From an uncultured archaeon (lineage in GTDB: Archaea; Asgardarchaeota; Lokiarchaeia; Sigyniarchaeales; SOKP01), in contig CAYLZE010000078.1 in the NCBI GenBank assembly GCA_964388035.1, positions 1 to 23,953 on the forward strand: DNA of 23,953 bases. The letters are read 5' to 3'. Within the stretch, counting starts at the first letter, position 1. Each line of letters starts with the position of its first letter. Below the pieces are notes generated by a model. It did no database searches, was not told the origin of the DNA, and saw only the letters and a list, made by a program, of their open reading frames with translations. The translations under genes and the position numbers were made by a program. Of this stretch, positions 1 through 8,405 are shown piece after piece.

Positions 1-236
1 GCTTCAATGATAAGATCAGCATCTGCGACAGCTTCGGAAAGATTCTGATGTTCAGTGACTTCACCAAACATGTTTTTTCTTTTCTTTTTTCTCGTTAGTG
101 ATCTTGCTATTTTGCCTAGCTCTTCAGAGTTTATATCAAAAATTCGAATTGTATTATTATATAAAACAATATGATTAATTATTTGTTTTCCCATAAAGCC
201 AATGCCTATAACGGCTATAGTTTTTATATCGCTCAT
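1..236 (-). CDS. 3-hydroxyacyl-CoA dehydrogenase family, NAD-binding N-terminus (partial, runs off the window; not in the ORF track)
   Basis: Manual translation from ATG at 236 gives MSDIKTIAVIGIGFMGKQIINHIVLYNNTIRIFDINSEEL...LSEAVADADLIIEA. It contains the Rossmann GxGxxG, an acidic residue after beta2 (FD) and the family-typical 'DADLIIEA'. SD GGGGTGA lies at 250-244, 7 nt upstream. Confidence 0.85.
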   Translation of the reverse strand, partial: MSDIKTIAVIGIGFMGKQIINHIVLYNNTIRIFDINSEELGKIARSLTRKKKRKNMFGEVTEHQNLSEAVADADLIIE

Positions 237-375
237 TATTATTTCACCCCTTTTTTTACAATATTGTAAAAATTATAGATATTATATAATATTATAAATT
301 ATTTCATTTTAAAATGTTATTGTCATATAATAATCTGAAGAATAATAGTTAATGCAAACATGGTGATTTAACTTT

Positions 376-1113
376 ATTAAATTGGGATTTCAAGCTTCAA
401 AACATGTAAGCATTGACAGAATCATTGAAGAAACGATTAAAAAACGGGTAACGGCGATGGAAATTTTTTTTGATGGTTTCCTTCCTCAAGCTTTTCCCAA
501 CGCAACTCGAAAAAAAATAGACGATCTCTCAGATACGCTATATTTAACAATTCATTCTCCCTTGAAGAATCCTTTTGAAAAGGAAGGATACCACGACCTT
601 CTTGATTGTTTAAATTTTGCTATTCAAATCAAGGCAAAAATTTTCACGATTCATGCAGATTATCGGATCAATAAGTTTATTAACTTTCTGGAGGATTTTT
701 TGGCTAATTCGAACTACTCAGAGATAATAATCGGAATTGAAAATATTCCGGGAATTACTGTTAATGAAATGAATGAGATTTTTAATAATTTAAACGTCTA
801 TCCTAATTTAGGAGTGACATTTGATATTTCTCATGCACAATTATCCCCTATTTTTCTAAAAAAAAAAGAGAAAAATGCATTTAAATATTTGAAGAATTTG
901 AATGCTCCCATAATGGAAATTCATCTTCATAACACGGACGGTTTTTCCGATCTACACTCACGAATACGTGAAGGAATAATAGATATCAGAGAAATATTAG
1001 TTTACATGAAAAAAGAAAAAGATTTCAAGGGTCCGTATATAATCGAATATTGGAGAGAGAATGTTTTTAATGACTATCTATGGCTTCATGAACTCTTAAA
1101 AGAGATTGATTGA
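376..1113 (+). CDS. Sugar phosphate isomerase/epimerase / AP-endonuclease-2 (xylose isomerase-like TIM barrel) protein
   Basis: Metal-binding motifs IHSP, TIHA, IENI, FDISHA, EIHLHN, DLH and IIE. The track start is TTG 382. In-frame ATT at 376 (MKLGFQAS) fits the GGTGA SD at 362-366 better, so the start is uncertain. Confidence 0.8.
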   Translation: MKLGFQASKHVSIDRIIEETIKKRVTAMEIFFDGFLPQAFPNATRKKIDDLSDTLYLTIHSPLKNPFEKEGYHDLLDCLNFAIQIKAKIFTIHADYRINKFINFLEDFLANSNYSEIIIGIENIPGITVNEMNEIFNNLNVYPNLGVTFDISHAQLSPIFLKKKEKNAFKYLKNLNAPIMEIHLHNTDGFSDLHSRIREGIIDIREILVYMKKEKDFKGPYIIEYWRENVFNDYLWLHELLKEID

Positions 1114-1145
1114 TAAAGAGATCTTCAATAAAACTCAAAAAATTC

Positions 1146-2705
1146 TCATTCTGTAGGAATGAGAAGGATAAAATTCGTTCCTTTTGAAGGATTGCCCTCT
1201 ATCCTATCTTTTATGGAAATATCACCTTCATATCGAGCCAAAATAGCCCCGACCAAGACCAATCCTAAACCCCCTCCCTTAATCCCACTTTTTGTATTCG
1301 CCGCTTTCTGCAAAATTAATTTCTTTCTTTCATCCGCTATGCCAATTCCATTATCTATGATCTCAAACTTCATGTATTTAATCTCTCCTTTCTTGATTTT
1401 AGAAATTACAATCTGAACTTCTATTATTGGATTCTCATTGTATTGCACGCTATTAGTTAAAATCGATTCAAAGAGAGAAGTTAAAAATTCATCCGCCTTT
1501 ACCCAAAACTTATCCTCTTCTGATTCAATTTCAATAACAATTTGTTTTTTTGGAAAGGAATCCTTTATATTTTTTATAGTGTCATAAAGAACATCCCTGG
1601 CATTTATTATTTTTAATTCTATATCCTTACTCTCCATATCTGATAAAATTTGGATATTTGAAATCAAATTGGCTCCTCTTTTAGACTGATCTTCAATAAT
1701 ATCTAGCATTTCTTGAAATTCTACTTGCTTTTCGGGATTTTTTTTTAAAACTGAAAGTAAATTCACAGAAGAGAGTATATTTTGAAGGATGTTTTTCATA
1801 TCGTGGGTAAAAAGATCTTCATAAAAATTTACTCGAGTTAAGGCTTCCTTGTATCCCCTTTTTGAGGAAATCAATTCTTGCTGAAACTTCTTGCGTTCAG
1901 AGAGATCATGTCCAATCACTTGGATTAAAGGTTCATCTTCCATTTGTAATAATGTTGATTGTAAATTAATCCATACCATCCCTTCATTCTTTCTTCTAAT
2001 TTGTAATTCTATGGGAGGTTGGGGGGTTCCACCAACAATTTTTACCATTCGTTCAAAAAGCTTCGGTAAGTCTTTAGGTAATATGGTTTTAAGTTTATAA
2101 TACTTTTTACCAATCAATTCATCTCGAGAATATCCTGTAAGATGTTCAACTGCAGGGTTTATATCTAATATTTTACCTTTCTTATTTATGAGGAGAACAG
2201 AATTAGGAGAAGTTTCAAATAGAGTACTATATTTTCTTATTGATTCTCGCAACTTATTTTCAGTGGCTTTTTGTCCACTTACGTCAAGAAACATGCCTAA
2301 AAATGCAGTTTTATCTTCATAAAAAAATGCTTTAGAGAATATTTCGATCCATACCAATTTTCCACCTTTCGTGATAACTTGAATTTGGGTATGATTTATT
2401 TTATTCCTTGGGCCTTTTATCTGCTCTTCAATTGAATTTAATACCATTTTCCGATCCTTAGGATTGATTGCTTTGAAGAATTGGTTGGCTTTCCAATTAT
2501 ACATCTCTTCAATTGAGTATCCAATGATGTCAGCAGCTTTTTGATTAATATAAATTAATCGAAAATCTTGCATGACTGCTATTCCTACTATCGGTTGTTC
2601 AAAAAAATTCTGAAAGAATTTTTGTGGATCTTTTAGTTCATGTAGATTGTCGTTTTCCGATATTTTTTTTTTATTATCTTCATTGTTAAAATCGAAATTT
2701 GACAT
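1146..2705 (-). CDS. Cytoplasmic PAS-PAS sensor histidine kinase
   Basis: Two PAS/PAC domains (YINQKAADIIGYS...WIEI; INPAVEHLTGYSRDELIG...WINL), H-box FTHDMKN, N-box ILTNS, G1 DNGIGI, G2 GLGL and terminal GTNF. No transmembrane segment. Confidence 0.92.
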   Translation of the reverse strand: MSNFDFNNEDNKKKISENDNLHELKDPQKFFQNFFEQPIVGIAVMQDFRLIYINQKAADIIGYSIEEMYNWKANQFFKAINPKDRKMVLNSIEEQIKGPRNKINHTQIQVITKGGKLVWIEIFSKAFFYEDKTAFLGMFLDVSGQKATENKLRESIRKYSTLFETSPNSVLLINKKGKILDINPAVEHLTGYSRDELIGKKYYKLKTILPKDLPKLFERMVKIVGGTPQPPIELQIRRKNEGMVWINLQSTLLQMEDEPLIQVIGHDLSERKKFQQELISSKRGYKEALTRVNFYEDLFTHDMKNILQNILSSVNLLSVLKKNPEKQVEFQEMLDIIEDQSKRGANLISNIQILSDMESKDIELKIINARDVLYDTIKNIKDSFPKKQIVIEIESEEDKFWVKADEFLTSLFESILTNSVQYNENPIIEVQIVISKIKKGEIKYMKFEIIDNGIGIADERKKLILQKAANTKSGIKGGGLGLVLVGAILARYEGDISIKDRIEGNPSKGTNFILLIPTE

Positions 2706-3040
2706 TATGATTCTTACTTCTTCTTTTTTTCACCAAAATAAAATATAATAATTAATCAGTAGTATTTTTATATATTTAATCAAGAAACTTTCTTTATTAA
2801 AAGATAATTATTATGTTTTTTAATTTTAAAAAGAGTGATTATTTCCCGATTTCTGATCCTTTCAATGAAATATTAATTAAGTTTTACTTTTGTTCTATAA
2901 AAGAGTACATCCAATTGAATTTTTGGTTGATATATTTTTCCTTAAACAAGTATTTAATTTAAGGAAATTTAGCAGAAAGTATTTAAAAGAGAATTGTTAA
3001 TTATTATTTGTTAATATAAATAAATTCAATAATAATAAAT

Positions 3041-3050
3041 AAGGAAGGAA
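3041..3050 (+). promoter_or_regulatory. Purine-rich SD-like element (AAGGAAGGAA) upstream of the aIF1 ATT
   Basis: The tract ends 9 nt before ATT 3060, within the SD-start spacing seen at other genes in this window. Confidence 0.55.
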
Positions 3051-3059
3051 TAACGTAAA

Positions 3060-3377
3060 ATTAAGGACGAATTAATCTGTCCAAGATGTTCTTTGCCCAA
3101 GGAGCTGTGCATCTGCGATAATCTGGATGTGGAAGAGTCTCGCGTTTCTATTTTTAATGAAACGAGAAAATGGGGCAAAGTGGTGACGATGGCTGATTTT
3201 AAGGGCAATTCCAATATTGATCTGATGGACTTTCTGGCCAAAGCTAAAAAGAAGTTTGGTTCGGGAGGGACTGTTCGGGGAAATGCTGTAGAATTGAGAG
3301 GAGATCACCGATTTAAGTTGAAAAAATTTTTAATTGACTTAGGCTTCCCCGAAGAAAATATCATGATAAAAGAGTAA
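3060..3377 (+). CDS. sui1: Translation initiation factor aIF1 / SUI1, probable non-canonical ATT start
   Basis: SUI1 motifs RKWGKVVT, KKKFGSGGTV and VELRGDHR. In-frame extension upstream of the track's TTG 3093 gives (I/M)KDELICPRCSLPKELCIC, the archaeal aIF1 CxxC-LPKEL-CxC zinc knuckle. There is an in-frame TAA at 3051-3053. Confidence 0.93.
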   Translation: MKDELICPRCSLPKELCICDNLDVEESRVSIFNETRKWGKVVTMADFKGNSNIDLMDFLAKAKKKFGSGGTVRGNAVELRGDHRFKLKKFLIDLGFPEENIMIKE

Positions 3378-3507
3378 GGATCCAAATCACGAGAATAGAG
3401 AATTTTAAGCATCATCCAAACCTATAAGCAAAAAAACCATCTTGGGAATGAGATAATAAGTGGAATATTAAATTAGATTAAATAAGATAGTTTGAAATTT
3501 ATAAATC

Positions 3508-3517
3508 TTTTTTTTTT
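3508..3517 (+). terminator. Possible oligo-T terminator downstream of aIF1
   Basis: T10 run about 130 nt after the stop codon. Archaeal terminators are T-tracts, but the AT-rich background weakens the call. Confidence 0.3.
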
Positions 3518-3681
3518 ACTAAAAATTCATTCTTAAATTGTTTATTTAATCAAAACTTATTTTCTTACTTTTAGTATTTTATATTTCGGATAAGCTCTCG
3601 AAAATGCGATCAAAGATTTCTATCATGAGTCTCAATGTAATAGTAGTATTTTAAAAATCTATATAGTATTAATCATAAACT

Positions 3682-3726
3682 TCGGATAAAATTAGAGGAA
3701 TCTAATATTCTTAAGGTTTTATCCGA
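3682..3726. repeat. 10-bp inverted repeat TCGGATAAAA-N25-TTTTATCCGA, with a further TTCGGATAA copy at 3585-3593
   Basis: Read directly from the intergenic sequence upstream of the AbiEi-like gene. Confidence 0.6.
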
Positions 3727-3883
3727 TAGGATTAAATCCTTTAGAAGATTGTTTGTAATAACATCAAGATTCATATTTCTTTTTTTATCATGAAGAAGTT
3801 GTTATAATAGTAAATCTAATTTAAGATTTTTCATTATGCATAATTATATAATAATTTTTTGATCCAGGATCGAGTGATTTTAA

Positions 3884-4531
3884 GTGTCAATGAATAAAAT
3901 TTATCAAAAAATAAGAGAAGATAAGAAGGAATTCATCACCTCAGAGTATCTAACGTCTATCAGTCATATTTTTTTCTATGACACATATAATGTTATCCGT
4001 TATCTTACATCTCGTAATTATCTTTTAAAAATTTTTAAGGGTATCTTTTATGTAAAGAGTGAAGAAGAGGTTGAGCAACATACAACCAAATATTCACTTT
4101 TAGAATTAGTAGGAAGAGGTCTTGAACTAAAAGGAATAACAAACTGGTATTATGGTTTATATACTGCATTAATCTTGAATGAAGTAATTTCCAAGGAAGT
4201 AACAAAAGATATTTATATTGTGAGTGATACTCTTTTTCGTACCAAACCCTTGGAAATATTAAATTATAAATTTAAGTTTATAAAATTAAAATATAATCTC
4301 ACAAATTTTGGAGTTATTGAAGATGTTATTAAATATTCAAACATTGAAAAAACACTTCTAGATTTCATCTATATTGCAAAATATAAATCAGTAGCAGATC
4401 AAAAGATAATAATTGAAGTTAGAGATTATGTTGAGACTGCATCTCCCAAAAAACTCCAGGAATATGCCATGCATTATCCAATGTCAAACAGGAATATTGT
4501 AACCCAATTGATAACCCAATTGTTAAATTAA
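3884..4531 (+). CDS. AbiEi-like (type IV toxin-antitoxin antitoxin family) transcriptional regulator
   Basis: N-terminal wHTH wing 'YLLKIFKGIFYV', then 'YYGLYTAL', 'IYIVS' and C-terminal 'YSNIEKTLLDF', matching the AbiEi pattern. Confidence 0.7.
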   Translation: MSMNKIYQKIREDKKEFITSEYLTSISHIFFYDTYNVIRYLTSRNYLLKIFKGIFYVKSEEEVEQHTTKYSLLELVGRGLELKGITNWYYGLYTALILNEVISKEVTKDIYIVSDTLFRTKPLEILNYKFKFIKLKYNLTNFGVIEDVIKYSNIEKTLLDFIYIAKYKSVADQKIIIEVRDYVETASPKKLQEYAMHYPMSNRNIVTQLITQLLN

Positions 4532-5796
4532 AGAGCGTTTAAAAAGAGGAGGAAATTTTTGGAGCATTCATTATTTTCTTCGTCGTTATAGGTTTTACTT
4601 TTCTCCTTAGACTTTTCTATATATTTTTTAAGAATAGTTCTTTTCCATTGTTGGAATTGTTTGGTTTCTTTGCCATTCCAATAAGCATTTTTACCTTTAA
4701 TTCTTTCATATGTTTTAATTTTATTTCTATCCTCTAAAAAAGTTTTATAATCATTAGTTGGATTCCCTCCATAGTAAGGATTCCCTTCCGTTCGCGCCCG
4801 GAATTCGTTTGCCATTTTCTTTTTCCATTGTTGGTATTGTTTGGTTTCTTTACCATTCCAATAAGATTTCTTTCCTGTAATTTTTTCATAAATAGTCATT
4901 TCTAAATTATCCTTCTTGTAATCGTCTAATTGGTCCTTTTCGATTACCTTTTTTTTAGCAAAAGATAGATTTTTTTTACTAATGGTTTTATTTTGCATGG
5001 TACCTTTTCCTTTCTTTTTGTAATCAGAAGTGTCTTTAGAATCCTTATTATTTATTTTTAGGATATTTTTTAGAAACTTCTTATAATCTTGAGTTGGATG
5101 GCTCTTATAATAAGGATTTCTTCCAGTTTTTTGCTTGAATTTCTGATTCATTTTCATTTTCCAAGACTTATATTGCTTAGTTTCGACTCCATTCCAAATT
5201 GCGTTTTTTCCCACTGTTTTTTCGTAAATTATAACTTCTATAGGTTTTTCTTCACCATCTTGTTTTACACTTTCTTTTTTCGATGATTTTGTACTTTTTA
5301 AAGCTTTGACCTTTTTTTGAGCTTCGAGATGAATTAATTGTTTATTCTCCTTAATCAGGTTTATTAAACTGGAGATGTCAACTTTTTTCCCCGAACGGAC
5401 GGCAAAAATAGGATCGTTTAATCCATCCAGATGGATAGAAAAGTCAAAATACTTGTGATGATTGATATAAGGTCCAAAATACTTAGCTATAATGAATACT
5501 GCTCCATTTAGATGGGACACGCTCACGTGGGTACTGGTATTCTCGGTATATTGATAAAGAGCAAGATTCTCAAATGAGTTTATTTCATTCAATATCTTAG
5601 TTTCTTTTACATTCTTTATTATTCGGCTGAACTCCTTCGTACTTTTGTTATTGATAATTGAATTTATGACTATTAATGTATATTCTGAACCATTTATCAA
5701 GGTTGTTGCGATAAGTCTCTTTATAAATTGGACTATTTCACTCCAACAAGATTCCTGAGCGATTCCGATGATTTCTCTTGTCAATTCCTCTGACAT
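4528..5796 (-). CDS. Hypothetical Lys-rich protein with C-terminal aromatic repeats (YEKxxGKxxxWNGxETKQYxxW)
   Basis: 422-aa ORF with SD GGAGTG. It has three strong and two degenerate repeat copies and no recognisable family. Confidence 0.75.
   Translation of the reverse strand: MSEELTREIIGIAQESCWSEIVQFIKRLIATTLINGSEYTLIVINSIINNKSTKEFSRIIKNVKETKILNEINSFENLALYQYTENTSTHVSVSHLNGAVFIIAKYFGPYINHHKYFDFSIHLDGLNDPIFAVRSGKKVDISSLINLIKENKQLIHLEAQKKVKALKSTKSSKKESVKQDGEEKPIEVIIYEKTVGKNAIWNGVETKQYKSWKMKMNQKFKQKTGRNPYYKSHPTQDYKKFLKNILKINNKDSKDTSDYKKKGKGTMQNKTISKKNLSFAKKKVIEKDQLDDYKKDNLEMTIYEKITGKKSYWNGKETKQYQQWKKKMANEFRARTEGNPYYGGNPTNDYKTFLEDRNKIKTYERIKGKNAYWNGKETKQFQQWKRTILKKYIEKSKEKSKTYNDEENNECSKNFLLFLNAL
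4641..4865. repeat. Intragenic direct repeat: 45 bp at 4641-4685 and 4821-4865, 2 mismatches, 180 bp offset
   Basis: ttttccattgttggaattgtttggtttctttgccattccaataag versus ttttccattgttggtattgtttggtttctttaccattccaataag. Confidence 0.9.
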
Positions 5797-6133
5797 GGTA
5801 CACTCCGATTTGTCTATAAGTCAATAGGGTGGTAATGAAGACTTTAAAATTTATCATTAAAGTATTTCAATAAACAATAAAAAACTAATCATTAATATTT
5901 CTAGTGATTTAAGTGATAATTTTAGTAGAAATGAGATATAAATCGCAATATTTTACCTCCATAATTAAATTAAAAAGGATTAGGATTTTCCTTCCTTTCT
6001 TAATAAAGAGTAAAAAAACCAAAGTAAAGATATTCCTTTAAGAAGGAAACCAGCAAATTTAAAGTAGAATGGCATGTAAAATTTCATTATATTTATTATC
6101 TAACTTAAATGGATTTTCTATTATTTTTATATC

Positions 6134-6670
6134 ATGGAAGATTGGCTTCAGAATAAAGCAGAATCTATTTTAAGGGAAGTAGGGATTGCGGAAGGGCACA
6201 TTCTGATAGATTTTGGGATTGGTTCAGGAATTTATAGCATCTTGTGCTCAAAAATTATAGGAATGCAAGGAAAAGTATATGCGATAGATATTGATCAAGA
6301 GAAAATCGAAGAATTAAATCGGAAAATAAGCGAGCAACACCTTAATAACATAAAAATGATTAAAATTTCAGAAAAAATAATACTTCCAATCAAAAAAGAT
6401 GAGGTAAACACAGTTCTAATCTATGATGTATTTCATTTATTAACAAAGGAGCAAAAGTTCGATTTAATTCATGAAACAAAAAGGGTTTTAAAATCCAATG
6501 GCCTCGTATCTTTTCATGTAACTCATAGGAGTCCAAATGATAAAGAACTACATCAAATTCATGAAATCGTGATAAAGGATGGATTTGTCTCTAAAAGCAC
6601 GCTAAAAAGGCCCATGTTTCATTGGAGTTGGATAGAAGAAGGATTAATCGTGAACTATCTAAAAATTTAA
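6134..6670 (+). CDS. Class I SAM-dependent methyltransferase
   Basis: Motif I LIDFGIGSG, 'VYAIDID', 'DVFH' and 'RVLKSNG'. Confidence 0.88.
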   Translation: MEDWLQNKAESILREVGIAEGHILIDFGIGSGIYSILCSKIIGMQGKVYAIDIDQEKIEELNRKISEQHLNNIKMIKISEKIILPIKKDEVNTVLIYDVFHLLTKEQKFDLIHETKRVLKSNGLVSFHVTHRSPNDKELHQIHEIVIKDGFVSKSTLKRPMFHWSWIEEGLIVNYLKI

Positions 6671-6902
6671 TTTGATATTAAAAGGATGAGGATCTAGAGC
6701 TTTTTTAGAATTATTGCCTATCATTAACTATATATAACATGCATTTGTTCATGTATTAGTTTAATGTAGTATTAAAAAGGAATAAAAGTATTGATAAAAG
6801 GTTTATTTCATAGTTAAAGACAAAAAAAGTCGCAAAAACGGATCATTAAAAAAACCGTTTTCCTTTATACAATTAAAGATCTTTTTAATTAAAAATCTAG
6901 AG

Positions 6903-8405
6903 GTGCTAAAGAGGATGGATACTTCAAAAACCTCATCTAGCCAGAATCTTGAAAGAAGATATGAATATTTAATCAATAACATTACAGATGTGATTTTTGA
7001 AATGGATTTATCTGGAGTAATTACCTACGTGAGCCCCCAGGTTAAAGTGTTATTGGATTACAATCCTGACGAATTAATTAGTACAAATGCACTTACTCTT
7101 GTTGATCCCGAGGATGCTAATATGATATCTGAAGCGTTTGATCAAGCGCGAGATTTGAATAAAGTGATTACTGTTGAATTTAGATTAATACATAAGAGTG
7201 GAAAGCGGATTTACGTATCATCAAAGGGAAGTTCCGTTAAAAGGAATGGGAATGAATCATTAATTACTGTAGTCAGAGATATTTCACAAGAAAAGGAAAA
7301 TGCTCAAATCTTACAAGCATCAGAAGAAAAGTATCTTAATCTTTTTCAAAATAATCCATATTCTATTCTCTTAATTAATTATGAAGGTACCATCTTGGAT
7401 TTAAATCCTTCTATAGAAAAGCTGATGGGGTATTCCCGAGAAGAGGTTTTGGGGCAGAATTTCTTAAAATTGCCAATCTATGATCCTAAAATGGTAGATC
7501 TTTTGAAAATTCGGTTAAAACAATATTCGCAAAAAGTTAAATTAAAACCTATTGAACTAAAATTATATAAAAAAGATGGTTCTTCAATCTGGGTTAATCC
7601 CAGTGTTAATTTAATTAAAATAGGAAATGAGAACATAATTCAGATCATATTTAATGACATTACTGAAAAAAAGGAAACTCAACTGAAATTAAAGGAAGCT
7701 TATGATAAAGAAAATTTTTATAAAAATCTCTTTACCCACGATATTAGTAATATCTTGACTAATATTTTATCTTCCGTTTCTCTTCTTACCTTATACTTGA
7801 AAGCGCCCATGAGGAAAAAGGATATTGAAGAAATTATCTTAATTTTAAACGATCAAGTTAAGAGAGGCGTACATTTGGTCTCAAATGTGAGGACTTTATC
7901 TCAATTAAGTGAAGCTGAAATACTTTTAAAAATAGTGAATACAGTAGAAATCTTAAAACATGCTGAAAATTCTATAATAGATGGATTTCCTGATAAGAAC
8001 ATTAAAATTAATCATGATTACCCTAAGGCCAAATTTATAGTAAAAGCAAATGATCTTCTGATAAATGTGTTTGAAAATATTCTGACTAATTCGATAAGAC
8101 ATAATAATAACCTGAATATTGAAATAACTGTAAGGATATCAAAAATTAAAAAAGAAAGTATTCCACATATTAAATTTGAATTTATAGATAATGGGACGGG
8201 AGTTCCCGATGAAATTAAAGAAATTATTTTCAAAAAAGGATACGAACATAAAAAGGATATAAGGGGATTGGGATTTGGTCTCTCTTTAGTAAAACGCATA
8301 ATTAATCAGTATAACGGAGAGATCTTTGTTGAGGATAGGGTTAAAGGAATTCATACCGAGGGTAGTAATTTCATTATTTTAATCCCAGCTCATAATGGTA
8401 AATAA
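6903..8405 (+). CDS. Cytoplasmic PAS-PAS sensor histidine kinase (start probably ATG 6915)
   Basis: PAS domains (ITYVSPQV..LLDY; LNPSIEKLMGYSREEVLG), H-box FTHDISN, N-box FENILTNS, G1 DNGTGV and G2 GLGFGL. GAGGTG at 6900-6905 is positioned as an SD for ATG 6915. Confidence 0.92.
   Translation: MLKRMDTSKTSSSQNLERRYEYLINNITDVIFEMDLSGVITYVSPQVKVLLDYNPDELISTNALTLVDPEDANMISEAFDQARDLNKVITVEFRLIHKSGKRIYVSSKGSSVKRNGNESLITVVRDISQEKENAQILQASEEKYLNLFQNNPYSILLINYEGTILDLNPSIEKLMGYSREEVLGQNFLKLPIYDPKMVDLLKIRLKQYSQKVKLKPIELKLYKKDGSSIWVNPSVNLIKIGNENIIQIIFNDITEKKETQLKLKEAYDKENFYKNLFTHDISNILTNILSSVSLLTLYLKAPMRKKDIEEIILILNDQVKRGVHLVSNVRTLSQLSEAEILLKIVNTVEILKHAENSIIDGFPDKNIKINHDYPKAKFIVKANDLLINVFENILTNSIRHNNNLNIEITVRISKIKKESIPHIKFEFIDNGTGVPDEIKEIIFKKGYEHKKDIRGLGFGLSLVKRIINQYNGEIFVEDRVKGIHTEGSNFIILIPAHNGK

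Noticed and set aside
1111-1148. TGA stops considered as possible selenocysteine codons
   Set aside because: The TGA at 1111 is followed directly by TAA, both proteins are complete at their stops, and no SECIS-like hairpin was recognised.
3093-3095. TTG start for aIF1 given by the ORF track
   Set aside because: It is the conserved Leu of the 'LPKEL' motif, and starting there removes the first CxxC of the zinc knuckle.
3086-3121. Out-of-frame ATG mini-ORF (MFFAQGAVHLR*) inside the aIF1 5' region, a possible decoy start
   Set aside because: The ATG arises from the AGA-TGT (Arg-Cys) codons and has no well-placed SD. It cannot be supported without conservation data.
3026-3308. Minus-strand ORFs 3026-3241 and 3072-3308
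   Set aside because: Antisense shadows of aIF1 with no recognisable motifs.
4641-4865. 45-bp direct repeat considered as a CRISPR array or a DGR template/variable repeat pair
   Set aside because: There are only two copies, in frame within a protein repeat, and no cas or reverse transcriptase gene is in the window.
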